DNA of 64,000 bases from positions 36,431-100,430 of the forward strand of contig VGVH01000002.1 in NCBI GenBank assembly GCA_016874095.1. The letters are read 5' to 3'. This DNA is from Gammaproteobacteria bacterium (GTDB lineage Bacteria > Pseudomonadota > Gammaproteobacteria > Steroidobacterales > GCA-2729495). Made by a program: the position numbers and the translations under genes. This document shows positions 50,532 through 64,000 of this stretch, in pieces. The number at the start of each line of letters is the position of its first letter. The first letter of the stretch is position 1. The notes below the pieces were generated by a model that saw only the letters and a list, made by a program, of their open reading frames with translations, did no database searches and was not told the DNA's origin.

Positions 50532-52306
50532 GCGGCGGGCTTGCCCTCGGCGCTGCGGATACGGATGCCGGTTTCCTTGAGCTGCTGCGCCGACACTTCG
50601 CCAGGCGCGTCCGTCATCAGGCAGCTGGCCGATTGCGTCTTCGGGAAGGCGATGACGTCACGGATGCTCTGCGCACCCGACATCAGCATCACCAAGCGAT
50701 CGAGTCCGAACGCCAGCCCGCCGTGCGGCGGGCAGCCGTAGCGCATCGCGCGGAGCAGGAAGCCGAACTTCGACTCGGCCTCCTCCGGCGAGAGACCGAG
50801 AACGCGGAACACGGCCGACTGCATCGCCTCGGTGTGGATACGGATCGAGCCGCCGCCGATCTCGGTGCCGTTCAGCACCATGTCATAGGCGCGCGACAGC
50901 GCTTTGCCAGGATCCGCCTCGAGTTCTTCCGGCGAGGCCACCTTCGGCGCAGTGAACGGGTGGTGCAACGCCGCCCAGCGCTTCTCCTGGGGATCCCACT
51001 CGAAGCCCGGGAAGTCGACCACCCACAGCGGCCGCCAGCCTTCGGCGACGAGACCGCGGTCGTGGCCCACCTTCACGCGCAATGCCGCCAGCGAATCATT
51101 GACGACCCTGCGCTTGTCGGCGCCGAAGAAGACCAGATCGCCGGCAGCAAGAGAGAGTCGCGAGATGAGACCGGCTACCGTCGCGTCCGGCATGAACTTC
51201 AGGATCGGCGACTGCAGGCCATCGCGCCCTTTTGCCGGGTCGTTGACCTTGATGTAGGCGAGGCCCTTCGCGCCGTAGCGCGCGACAAAGGCGGTGTAAT
51301 CGTCGATCTCCTTGCGCGACAGCGTGCCGCCGCCGGGCACCTTGAGGGCGGCGACGCGGCCGTCCGGGTCGGCGGCAGGATCGGCGAACACCTTGAACTC
51401 CACGCCCCGCATCAGGTCGGCGACCTCGACGAGTTCGAGCGGGATGCGCAGGTCCGGACGATCGATACCGAAGCGCTCCACAGCTTCCGCCCAGGTCATT
51501 CGTGGCAACGGATCGGGAAGATCGACGTCGAGAATTTTCCTGAAGAGGTCACGGATCAGCGCCTCCATGACGTTGCAGATGTCATCTTCCGACATGAAGG
51601 ACGTCTCGATGTCGAGCTGCGTGAACTCGGGCTGGCGGTCGGCCCGCAGGTCTTCGTCGCGGAAGCAGCGCGCGATCTGGTAGTAGCGGTCGAGCCCCGA
51701 CATCATCAGGAGCTGCTTGAACAACTGCGGCGACTGCGGCAGCGCGAAGAATTTGCCGGGATGCGTGCGGCTCGGAACGATGTAGTCGCGTGCGCCTTCA
51801 GGCGTCGTGCGCGTCAGCATCGGCGTCTCGATATCGACGAAACCGGCCTTGTCCAGGAATTCACGAAGCGTCTGGGTCACGCAATGGCGCAAGCGCAGTC
51901 GCTGCATCATCTCCTCGCGCCGCAGATCGAGAAACCGCCAGCGCAGGCGCAAATCCTCGCTGGCGTCTTCGTCGTGATGAAAGGGAGGCGTCTCGGAGGC
52001 GTTCAGTACCGTCAGCGAACTCGCGACCAGCTCGACCTCGCCGCTCGCCAGCTTCGGGTTCACCGTGCCCGCCGGGCGGGGCCGCACGGTGCCGGTCGCG
52101 ACCAGCACGTACTCGCTGCGGACGCGCTCGGCCTCCGCGAAAGCCGGCGAGGACGGGTTGGCGACGACCTGGAGGAGCCCCTCGCGATCGCGCAGGTCGA
52201 GGAAGATCACGCCGCCATGGTCACGGCGCCGGTGCACCCAGCCTGCGACCGTCACGGCCTGGCCGACGTGGGAGGCATTCACCTGCCCACAGTAGTGGCT
52301 GCGCAT
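50528..52306 (-). CDS. aspS: Aspartate--tRNA(Asp/Asn) ligase, probably non-discriminating
   Basis: MRSHYCG, RRDHGG (His typical of ND type), [38 protein letters not shown]. Confidence 0.98.
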   Translation of the reverse strand: MRSHYCGQVNASHVGQAVTVAGWVHRRRDHGGVIFLDLRDREGLLQVVANPSSPAFAEAERVRSEYVLVATGTVRPRPAGTVNPKLASGEVELVASSLTVLNASETPPFHHDEDASEDLRLRWRFLDLRREEMMQRLRLRHCVTQTLREFLDKAGFVDIETPMLTRTTPEGARDYIVPSRTHPGKFFALPQSPQLFKQLLMMSGLDRYYQIARCFRDEDLRADRQPEFTQLDIETSFMSEDDICNVMEALIRDLFRKILDVDLPDPLPRMTWAEAVERFGIDRPDLRIPLELVEVADLMRGVEFKVFADPAADPDGRVAALKVPGGGTLSRKEIDDYTAFVARYGAKGLAYIKVNDPAKGRDGLQSPILKFMPDATVAGLISRLSLAAGDLVFFGADKRRVVNDSLAALRVKVGHDRGLVAEGWRPLWVVDFPGFEWDPQEKRWAALHHPFTAPKVASPEELEADPGKALSRAYDMVLNGTEIGGGSIRIHTEAMQSAVFRVLGLSPEEAESKFGFLLRAMRYGCPPHGGLAFGLDRLVMLMSGAQSIRDVIAFPKTQSASCLMTDAPGEVSAQQLKETGIRIRSAEGKPAA

Positions 52307-52370
52307 GCTATGGGTCGTCATCGGGGCCGCGATGTTACGGGGGCGGTACCCGGGGGCGCAAGCCGAGCGG

Positions 52371-52745
52371 TCAGTCGGCGGATGCGCCGCGCGACGGCGA
52401 CTTGCCTGCTTTCTTCGCCGGCTTCGGCGCTTTTTCCACGGGCGCCGGCTTGTCTTTCGCCGTTGTCGCGTCCGCGGTCGTCGATTCCTTGCTCTCGGGC
52501 TTGGCCTCGGCAGCCGCTGCGGCCGGTTTCTCTTCGGCCTTGTCGGCGAGTCGTTTCTGCCCGTCCTTCTTGAAATCGGTCTCGTACCAGCCGCTGCCCT
52601 TCAGGCGGAACTGCGGCGCCGACACGAGCCGGCGGAGCTTCATCGCCCCGCACTCGGGACATTTCTTCAGAGCGCCGTCACCGACCTTCTGCAGGGCATC
52701 CAGCGTGTGCCCGCACTTCTGGCAGGCGTACTCGTAGATCGGCAT
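52371..52745 (-). CDS. FmdB-family zinc-ribbon protein, Lys/Ala-rich tail
   Basis: [27 protein letters not shown]. Confidence 0.92.
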   Translation of the reverse strand: MPIYEYACQKCGHTLDALQKVGDGALKKCPECGAMKLRRLVSAPQFRLKGSGWYETDFKKDGQKRLADKAEEKPAAAAAEAKPESKESTTADATTAKDKPAPVEKAPKPAKKAGKSPSRGASAD

Positions 52746-52751
52746 GGCCGG

Positions 52752-53060
52752 TCAATGCTTGTGTCCGCAACCGGGACCGTGGGTGTGCGTGTGACCGCCG
52801 TGGGAATGGCTGTGGCCGCCATGCGAATGGGAGTGGGAGTCGTCGTGGCTGTGCGCCGGACCGCTGTCGAGCGCGTGCCCGGTGCGCTTGCGCGTGACCT
52901 CACGGTACTTGCCCTTCACCTGGAATGCCGGCGTCGAGATCAGTTTCTCGAGCGCGGCTTTCCCGCACTCCGGGCAATCCCTGAGCGGGGCCTCGTCCAG
53001 CTTCTGCAGGGCATCGAAAACATGCCCGCACTTCTTGCATTCGTAATCGAAAATCGGCAT
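52752..53060 (-). CDS. FmdB-family zinc-ribbon protein, His-rich tail
   Basis: MPIFDYECKKCGH..CPECG; tail HSHDDSHSHSHGGHSHSHGGHTHTHGPGCGHKH. Confidence 0.9.
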   Translation of the reverse strand: MPIFDYECKKCGHVFDALQKLDEAPLRDCPECGKAALEKLISTPAFQVKGKYREVTRKRTGHALDSGPAHSHDDSHSHSHGGHSHSHGGHTHTHGPGCGHKH

Positions 53061-53067
53061 CGGAACC

Positions 53068-55659
<2,592 letters not shown>

Positions 55660-55728
55660 TGGGCGCTCTCCCGGAACCTGGGCCCGGGTGGAAAGGTGAG
55701 GGCCGACATAGGATTTTTCAACCGCAAG

Positions 55729-56469
55729 CTATAGCCAGATCAGTGTCGCCTGCCGACCACAGGGCCCGTCGCGGCGGTGAGAGAAGAAGCGGCGCGGGTC
55801 CGTCGCGGTGCACAGGTCTCCTCCGTATACACGCTGCAAGCCTGCTCCGCGCAGGCGCTGCCGCGCGAGCAGCGGCAGGTCCAGCTGCCAGCGGCCACTT
55901 GCGTTGGCCGTGAATCCCGCAACGGCCGCCGGATCCGCGGCGAGAAAAGCGGCGCGTACGTCCTCGCCGACTTCATAGGCCGCGGCACCGATCGCCGGGC
56001 CGATCCAGGCCATGAGCGTCGACGGCGCGGCACCGGCGCGCAGCAGGGCGTCGGTGGTTGCCTCCAGCACTCCGGCCGCCAGGCCGCGCCAGCCGGCATG
56101 CGCGGCGGCCGCGAGAGTTCCGGCCTCATTGCAGAAAATCACGGGCAGGCAGTCGGCGGTCATCACTACACCAGGCGGATCGCCGGGCCAACACACGATC
56201 GCGTCGGCAACCGCTGGAGACGCCGTCGAGCCGGGCTCGGCCACCGTCACGCCGTGGACCTGCTCGAGCCAGGTCGGCTCGGCATGAAGTCGGAGCGCGA
56301 CGCGCAGTCGATCGCGGTTTTCTCGCACTGCCCGGGAGTCGTCGCCGACATGCGTGGCGAGATTGAAGCTGGCCCACTGCCCCTTGCTGACGCCGCCCAT
56401 GCGGGTCGTAGCCACGGCGTGCACCGAGGCCGGCGCCGGCCAGTCCGGCCGGATGAATTCGGGCTTCAT
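55729..56469 (-). CDS. pgeF: Peptidoglycan editing factor PgeF/YfiH
   Basis: TTRMGGVS, QVHG, TADCLPV, HAGWRG, FFSHRR. Confidence 0.95.
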   Translation of the reverse strand: MKPEFIRPDWPAPASVHAVATTRMGGVSKGQWASFNLATHVGDDSRAVRENRDRLRVALRLHAEPTWLEQVHGVTVAEPGSTASPAVADAIVCWPGDPPGVVMTADCLPVIFCNEAGTLAAAAHAGWRGLAAGVLEATTDALLRAGAAPSTLMAWIGPAIGAAAYEVGEDVRAAFLAADPAAVAGFTANASGRWQLDLPLLARQRLRGAGLQRVYGGDLCTATDPRRFFSHRRDGPCGRQATLIWL

Positions 56470-57452
56470 TTGTCCGGCCACTGCATGGCCTCGGCTCGGT
56501 TCGCGGCCTCCGGGGATCCGGCGAGCGCCGCGAGCAGACCGCGCAAATCGGCCGGGATGGGCGCGGTGAAGGCCAGGTGGACGCCTGTCACGGGATGGAC
56601 CAAACCGATCGCAGCGGCGTGCAGCGCCTGGCGGCGGAACGCGCGCAGCGTGTCGATCAATTCCGGTGCCGCGCCGGCCGGCACGCGCGGGCGGCCGCTG
56701 TACTGCGGATCGCCGACGATGGGAAAGCCGATGTGCGCCATGTGGACGCGTATCTGGTGGGTGCGGCCGGTCTCGAGCCGCAGCGCGATCCAGGTGTGCG
56801 CCTGCCCGCGCGCGAGTACGCGGTAGTGCGTGACCGCCGGCCGGCCGCCCTCGACCACCGCCATGCGGGTGCGATGCACGTGATGCCGGTCGATCGGAGC
56901 ATCGACGGTGCCGCCCGCCGTCATGACGCCATTGACCAGGGCGCGATACTCGCGCCGCACGTCACGGGCCTGCAGATCGCGCGTGAGCTGCGTGTGCGCC
57001 TCGAGAGTCTTCGCTACCAGTACGAGGCCGCTCGTGTCCTTGTCAAGACGATGCAGCAGCCCGCTACGCGGCAGTCCGGCCAGAGCCGGACAGTGGTTGA
57101 GCAGGCCATTCTGCAGAGTTGCATCGCGGTTGCCGGCGCCGGGATGCACGACCAGGCCCGCGGGCTTGTTGACCACCAGCACCGCGTCGTCCTCGTGGAC
57201 GATGTCGAGAGCGACGGGCTGCGCCTCCACGCGCAGGTCAGGCTCCACGGTCGCGTCGATCTCGACCGACTGCCCCTCGGCAACGCGGCTGCGCGGCTCC
57301 ATCTTCGCGCCGTCCACGCGCACGCTGCCGGCGAGGATCCATTCCTTGAGGCGGGAGCGCGAATAGTCCGGCAGCAGCTCTGCCAGCGCCTGGTCCAGTC
57401 GGCGGCCCGCCTGATCGCCGGTGATGACGACGCTGTGGGTAATGCGGTTCAT
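56466..57452 (-). CDS. rluD: 23S rRNA pseudouridine synthase RluD
   Basis: S4 domain, NKPAGLVVHPG, HRLDKDTSG, LETGRTHQIRVH. Confidence 0.97.
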   Translation of the reverse strand: MNRITHSVVITGDQAGRRLDQALAELLPDYSRSRLKEWILAGSVRVDGAKMEPRSRVAEGQSVEIDATVEPDLRVEAQPVALDIVHEDDAVLVVNKPAGLVVHPGAGNRDATLQNGLLNHCPALAGLPRSGLLHRLDKDTSGLVLVAKTLEAHTQLTRDLQARDVRREYRALVNGVMTAGGTVDAPIDRHHVHRTRMAVVEGGRPAVTHYRVLARGQAHTWIALRLETGRTHQIRVHMAHIGFPIVGDPQYSGRPRVPAGAAPELIDTLRAFRRQALHAAAIGLVHPVTGVHLAFTAPIPADLRGLLAALAGSPEAANRAEAMQWPDK

Positions 57453-57566
57453 CCGCCCATTTTACCCGCCGCTATGGCCCGGCAGCGGCGCGGCAAGTAC
57501 GCGCGGCGGGGGAAATACGGCTCGTCCGCTATACTCAACGCCCGGAAATCAGCCGAACTGCGTCCG

Positions 57567-58370
57567 ATGAACCGAAACGCTGCCGTTCGAACCGCCATTG
57601 CGCGGATGCTGCTGGTCGCAGCCGCGTTCGCACTGGGCGCCTGCGCGAGCGACAACGAAAAGGACTTCCGCACCGACGTGTCCCGGCTGTACGCGCGCGC
57701 ACACAAGTCGATGGAGAACGGCAACTACCGCAACGCGATCGCCTACTACGAGGGGCTGGAGGCGCGCTGGCCCTTCAGCAACGAGACCAAGCAGGCACAG
57801 ATCGACCTCATCTACTGCTACTACAGGAACGGTGAACGGGAATCGGCGATCGACGCCGCCAGCCAGTTCGAGCGCGAGAATCCGACCCATCCCCGCGTCG
57901 ACTACGCGCTTTACATGCGCGGCCTGTCCACGTTCAAGGGACAGAGCAACGTCTTCTACCGGTTCATGAACATCGATCTGTCGCGTCGCCCGCAGGACCG
58001 CGCGATGGAATCCTTCTCGGCATTCTCCCAGCTGCTGCAGCGCTATCCGAAAAGCGAGTACGCCGCAGACGCGCGTCAACGCATGATCTTCCTGCGCAAC
58101 CGCCTCGCCGAGCACGAGAACCACGTCGCCCGGTATTACCTCGAACGCGGGGCCTGGATGGCAGCACTGAACCGCGCGAAGCTCGTGGCCGAGACCTACG
58201 ATGGTGCGCCGGCAGTCGCTGAATCGCTGCGCATCATGGTCGACGCCTACTCCGCGCTGGAAATGCGCGACCTCGCCGACAGCACGCGCGAGGTGCTCGC
58301 CGCAAGTTTCCCCGCCGCGGCCGGCGAACAGGCCAGGTCAGAGGCGAGGCCCTGGTACCGCTTCTGGTAG
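57567..58370 (+). CDS. bamD: Outer membrane protein assembly factor BamD (ComL)
   Basis: Lipobox LGAC, TPR helices, NPTHPRVDYALYMRGL, RNRLAEHE. Confidence 0.95.
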   Translation: MNRNAAVRTAIARMLLVAAAFALGACASDNEKDFRTDVSRLYARAHKSMENGNYRNAIAYYEGLEARWPFSNETKQAQIDLIYCYYRNGERESAIDAASQFERENPTHPRVDYALYMRGLSTFKGQSNVFYRFMNIDLSRRPQDRAMESFSAFSQLLQRYPKSEYAADARQRMIFLRNRLAEHENHVARYYLERGAWMAALNRAKLVAETYDGAPAVAESLRIMVDAYSALEMRDLADSTREVLAASFPAAAGEQARSEARPWYRFW

Positions 58371-58388
58371 CGGAAGCCGACCGGTGGA

Positions 58389-59990
58389 TCAGTGCTGGTA
58401 CCCCGAGGTGATCGGGTAACGCCAGTCCCGCCCGAACGCGCGACTCGAAATCCGCACTCCCGGCGCCGCCTGACGGCGCTTGTACTCGGCCTTGCGCACC
58501 ATCCCGAGCACGCGGGCAACGACGGCAGGTTCGAAACCGCGCGCGGCTATCTCATCGACCGAGCGGTTCTCGATCATCAGCGCGTCGAGAATCGGGTCCA
58601 GAACGTCATAGGGCGGCAGTGAGTCACTGTCCCTCTGGTCAGGACGCAGCTCGGCCGACGGCGGCCGCGTGATGACCCGTTCGGGAATCACACGGCCCAG
58701 GCCGTTGCGATAGGCGCAGAGCGAGTAGACGCGCGTCTTCGTGCAGTCCTTGATAGGTGCGAAGCCGCCGGCCATGTCGCCGTAGAGCGTGGCGTAGCCG
58801 ACTGCCATCTCGCTCTTGTTGCCGGTGGCGAGCACGATGCGGCCGGTCTTGTTCGAGATGGCCATCAGCACTACGCCGCGTGCGCGCGACTGGATGTTCT
58901 CCTCGGTCGTGTCCGCCGGCAGGCCGGCGAACTGACCACTGAGGGTATCCTGGGTCGCGGACACCACGGCTTCGATGGGCAGCACATCGAATCGCACACC
59001 GAGTATTCGCGCCTGCTCGCGTGCGTCGTCGACGCTCATCCGGGCGGTATAGCGATACGGCATCATGACCGCCTGCACGGCGTCCGCGCCCAGGGCATCC
59101 ACCGCGATGGCGAGCGTCAGGGCCGAGTCCACTCCGCCGGACAGGCCCAGCACGGCGCCGCGGAAGCCGTTCTTGCGCACGTAGTCGCGGACTCCGAGGA
59201 CCAGCGCCTCGTAGGTGCTCCGGTCTTCCGACGCCAGCGGCGTGATCTGGCCACCGGCGGATCCGGTATCGGTGACATAAAGGCCTTCCGCGAAGGCCGG
59301 CGCGCGCATGGCAACGCGACCCGCAGAATCGACGAGGCAGGAGCCGCCATCGAAGACCAGTTCGTCCTGCCCGCCGACGAGATTCGCGTAGGCGATGGCC
59401 ACGCCCGTCTCGCGGGCGCGCTCGGCGAGCACCGCTTCGCGTTGACGCTGCTTGTCGATCTCGAAGGGAGAACCATTCGGCACGACGAGCAATTCGGCGC
59501 CGGCCGCGCGCGCGGCATGGCAGGGTCCCGGCGTCCAGACATCCTCACAGATGCCGATGCCGACCCGCGTGCCGCGGAACGGAACGACAACCGGGCCCGT
59601 GCCGGGACGGAAGTAGCGCTGCTCGTCGAACACGCTGTAGTTCGGCAACGCCTGCTTGCGATAGTTGCCGGACGTTCGACCATCCTCGAAAAAGGCGGCG
59701 GCGTTGTAGATGCCGGTCTCCGAGTACTCGGGATAGCCGACGACCGCGCCGACACCCTGCGCCGCGGTGCGGATCTCTTCGAGAGCCGCCGCAACCTGGC
59801 GACGCAGGCCGGCGTGGAACAGCAGGTCCTCGGGCGGATAGCCGCACACGGCCAGCTCGGGGAAGACCACGAGATCGGCGCCGGCCCCACGGGCCTCGCC
59901 GATCGCGCGCACGATGCGTTGCGCATTGCCGCGCACGTCACCGACCAGCAGATTCAACTGGGCAAAGGCGAGTTTGAGTCGCGTCGTCAT
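58389..59990 (-). CDS. nadE: Glutamine-dependent NAD+ synthetase
   Basis: Glutaminase domain (FPEL, YRK, ICEDVW) plus SGGVDS, TGNKSE, GYATLYGD, PPSAEL. Confidence 0.96.
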   Translation of the reverse strand: MTTRLKLAFAQLNLLVGDVRGNAQRIVRAIGEARGAGADLVVFPELAVCGYPPEDLLFHAGLRRQVAAALEEIRTAAQGVGAVVGYPEYSETGIYNAAAFFEDGRTSGNYRKQALPNYSVFDEQRYFRPGTGPVVVPFRGTRVGIGICEDVWTPGPCHAARAAGAELLVVPNGSPFEIDKQRQREAVLAERARETGVAIAYANLVGGQDELVFDGGSCLVDSAGRVAMRAPAFAEGLYVTDTGSAGGQITPLASEDRSTYEALVLGVRDYVRKNGFRGAVLGLSGGVDSALTLAIAVDALGADAVQAVMMPYRYTARMSVDDAREQARILGVRFDVLPIEAVVSATQDTLSGQFAGLPADTTEENIQSRARGVVLMAISNKTGRIVLATGNKSEMAVGYATLYGDMAGGFAPIKDCTKTRVYSLCAYRNGLGRVIPERVITRPPSAELRPDQRDSDSLPPYDVLDPILDALMIENRSVDEIAARGFEPAVVARVLGMVRKAEYKRRQAAPGVRISSRAFGRDWRYPITSGYQH

Positions 59991-60027
59991 CGGCACCTGC
60001 GTTAAGCGCGCCGGCACCGGCCGGAAA

Positions 60028-60896
60028 TCAGCGCCCCAGCAGCTCCAGCATGGCACTGCCCAGCTCGGCAGGCGAGCGTACGGCACGCACACGCGCTTCC
60101 TCGAGGGCAGCATACTTGGCGGCAGCCGTTCCTGCTCCGCCGGAAATGATCGCCCCGGCATGCCCCATGCGCTTGCCGGGCGGTGCGGTCACGCCGGCAA
60201 TGTAGGCCACGACGGGCTTGGTCACCTTTTCGCGAATGTAATGCGCCGCGGCTTCCTCGTCCGTGCCGCCGATCTCGCCGACCATGATGATGCCGTCCGT
60301 TGCCGGATCGGCCTGGAACAACTCGAGGCAGTCGATGAAATTCATGCCGCGAATCGGGTCGCCACCGATCCCGATGCAGGTGCTCTGGCCGAGTCCGTTC
60401 TGCGTCGTCTGGTACACCGCTTCGTAGGTCAACGTGCCCGAGCGGGACACGATACCGATTCGTCCCGGCTTGTGGATGAAGCCCGGCATGATGCCGATCT
60501 TGCACTCCCCCGGTGTGATGATGCCCGGGCAGTTCGGACCGATAAGCCGGGAACTGTGGTCGCGCAGCACTGCCTTCACGCGGACCATGTCCTGCACCGG
60601 AATACCTTCGGTGATGCAGACGATCAGCCCGATGCCGGCTTCCGCAGCCGCGAGGATCGCGTCGGCCGCAGCAGGCGCTGGCACGAAGATCACACTGACG
60701 GTGGCGCCCGTCGCCTTGACGGCCTCCGGCATCGTGTTGAATACAGGCACACCGAGGTGTGTCTCGCCGCTGCGGCCGGGCGTGCAGCCGCCCACGATCT
60801 TCGTGCCGTATTCGAGGCACTGTTGCGCATGGAACAGGCCCTGCTTGCCGGTCAGGCCCTGGCAGATGATTCGCGAGTCCCTGTTGACGAGCACGC

Positions 60897-60900
<4 letters not shown>
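60028..60900 (-). CDS. sucD: Succinate--CoA ligase alpha subunit
   Basis: [30 protein letters not shown]. Confidence 0.98.
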
Positions 60901-62066
<1,166 letters not shown>

Positions 62067-62243
62067 ATCCGCGCAAACGCCCCGTCAGCGGAAACGCCGG
62101 TATTGTGAGGAAAACCCATCTTTAGTCAAACGAGCGCCGGCACGCGCTGCGCGAAAACAACGCGGCGGCGGCCCGAAATGAGAGCCGGTTCACGCGTACC
62201 GGTATCCGATCCGACATAATTCCCGTTCATCCCCGGGGACGGC

Positions 62244-63902
62244 ATGGCAACCACCGACAACAGCATTCCGGCAGCCTTCGCGGTCGAGACCGGCGAGGCA
62301 ACACGCGCGATCGCGCGCGATGCCTCGCGCCGGGTCAATCGCCTGGTTGCGGCGTTCCGCGTCGTCGTGGCATTCGCGTTGCTCGGCGTGTCCCTGCTGG
62401 CGCAGGACGAGTCGCTGTTCCTGGAGCGCAATCCGCTGCTGTTCCGGCTTGCCGCTATTGGCTACTGCCTGGGCGCCATGCTCTTTCTCTTCTATCAGCG
62501 CCGCTACCCCATCGCCGGGCCGTACCGGGTGCCGGTCCTGCTCGCGCTTGACACGCTTGCGGTGATCGTCCTAGTTCACACAGGAGGCGGCATCACCAGC
62601 GGCGTCGGCGGCCTGCTCGCGGTGTTCGTGGGTGCCGCAACGCTGAGCCTGCCCGGACGCTACGCCTTCTTCGCTGCTGCCATCGCCACGCTGGCCGTGC
62701 TTGGCGAGCAAATGGTCGCCTATTCGGAGGGCCTGTCGAGCGGCAACGACTTCGTCAGCGCCGGCGTGCTCGGCGCCGTGATCTTCGCGATCGCCGCTGC
62801 GGCTTTTCCCCTCGCCCGCCGTCTCGAGGAGAGCGAGGCGCTCGCGCACCAGCGCGGCATCGATCTCGCGAACCTCGCGCAGCTGAACGAGTACATCATC
62901 CGCAACCTGCGCGAGAACATCGTGGTCGTCGATGGGTCCAACCACTTGCGCCTGATGAACCAGCCTGCGGCCGAGACCATGGGCTTGCGGGGCCACGCTG
63001 CCGGTGAGCCGCTGCATGCCCTGTCCCCGCAACTGGAGCGCGTGCTGGTCGGCTGGCGGCGCAGCGGCAATCCGCAGTCCCAGCCGCCGCCATTCGTCGC
63101 CGGAGACGACAGCCTGCAGGTCAATGCCTACATCGTGCCGCTGGAGGGTCGCGTGGACGGCCCGGTACTGATCTTTCTCGAAGACGCCGGAGCGCTCGCG
63201 GAAAAAGTGCAGCAGTCGAAGCTCGCCGCACTCGGTCGGCTGACCGCCAGCATCGCCCACGAGGTGCGCAATCCCGTCGGCGCGATGAGCCACGCGGGCC
63301 AGCTGCTCGAGGAGTCCCCCGCCATGGGCGCGGAGGAGCGGCGCCTCCTAGGCATCATCCGCACGAATTCACGCCGCGTCAGCGACATCGTCGAGAACAT
63401 CCTGCAGCTTTCCCGGCGCGAGGCGACGCGCCCGCAGCTGCTGTGGCTGCGCGAATGGACTGCCGGATTCATCGCCGAACTCGGCTCCACCCTGGAGCTG
63501 TTCGAGGGCCAGGTGGCGGCCATTTCGACCGAGGACGTCGAAGTGCGGATGGATCCCGGCCACCTCCACCAGATAGTCTGGAACCTCTGCGAGAATGCGG
63601 TGAAGTACGCCAGCGAGAACGGCGGCATTGGGGTGGAGCTCGCCTGGGGCCGCATGCCCGGCGGCCGTCGTCCGTACCTCGAGGTCGCCGATCGCGGACC
63701 GGGCGTCGCCGATGACTTGCGCGACCGCGTCTTCGAGCCGTTTGCGACGGGCCCGAAAGGCGGCACTGGGCTCGGGCTCTTCATCTCGCGGGAGCTCTGT
63801 GAATTGAATCGCGCGGCGCTGATCCACGAGCCGCGCAAGGGTGGAGGCAGCGTGTTCCGTATCGTGTTCGCAGACCCGGCCCGATGGGGCACCGAGCCAT
63901 GA
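62244..63902 (+). CDS. pilS: Two-component sensor kinase PilS
   Basis: 6-TM input, PAS, H-box SIAHEVRNP, N-box, G-boxes DRGPG and GTGLGL; upstream of pilR. Confidence 0.9.
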   Translation: MATTDNSIPAAFAVETGEATRAIARDASRRVNRLVAAFRVVVAFALLGVSLLAQDESLFLERNPLLFRLAAIGYCLGAMLFLFYQRRYPIAGPYRVPVLLALDTLAVIVLVHTGGGITSGVGGLLAVFVGAATLSLPGRYAFFAAAIATLAVLGEQMVAYSEGLSSGNDFVSAGVLGAVIFAIAAAAFPLARRLEESEALAHQRGIDLANLAQLNEYIIRNLRENIVVVDGSNHLRLMNQPAAETMGLRGHAAGEPLHALSPQLERVLVGWRRSGNPQSQPPPFVAGDDSLQVNAYIVPLEGRVDGPVLIFLEDAGALAEKVQQSKLAALGRLTASIAHEVRNPVGAMSHAGQLLEESPAMGAEERRLLGIIRTNSRRVSDIVENILQLSRREATRPQLLWLREWTAGFIAELGSTLELFEGQVAAISTEDVEVRMDPGHLHQIVWNLCENAVKYASENGGIGVELAWGRMPGGRRPYLEVADRGPGVADDLRDRVFEPFATGPKGGTGLGLFISRELCELNRAALIHEPRKGGGSVFRIVFADPARWGTEP

Positions 63903-63945
63903 GCGGCTGTGACATCGCCAGTTGCGACCGATGGGGCGCCGAGCC

Positions 63946-64000
63946 ATGAGCAAGCCCCTCGCCCTCGTCGTCGACGACGAACCGGATATCCGCGACCTCC
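63946..64000 (+). CDS. pilR: Response regulator PilR, N-terminus only
   Basis: MSKPLALVVDDEPDIRDL receiver start following pilS. Confidence 0.8.
   Translation, partial: MSKPLALVVDDEPDIRDL

Overview
GC-rich (roughly two-thirds GC by eye) gammaproteobacterial chromosomal window. Left end: a type IV minor-pilin operon (fimT/U-pilV-pilW-pilX-small secreted protein-pilY1, minus strand). Right 24 kb: conserved housekeeping synteny (tRNA-Ser/csrA, alaS, recX, recA, cinA, mutS, aspS, clpB, pgeF, rluD, bamD, nadE, sucD, sucC, pilS, start of pilR). Between them (about 3.5-39.7 kb) is an accessory patchwork with no recognisable integrase, transposase or CRISPR array. It holds a stand-alone A-T-TE NRPS-like gene with two non-canonical catalytic features (no amino-group-binding Asp, Cys instead of Ser in the TE), set divergently from an RND pump. 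It also holds redox and catabolic enzymes, a nitrilase-TonB receptor-amidase unit, a PEP-CTERM protein with a CRP-type box, a tRNA-Arg with the unusual anticodon UCG overlapped by both neighbouring ORFs, and three decayed gene remnants (LVIVD protein, pentaheme cytochrome, internally deleted aminopeptidase N). Best candidates for undescribed biology: the A-T-TE(Cys) enzyme with its export neighbourhood, the tRNA-Arg(UCG), and the nitrilase/TBDR/amidase uptake-catabolism unit. All family assignments come from motif recognition only; no database searches were run.
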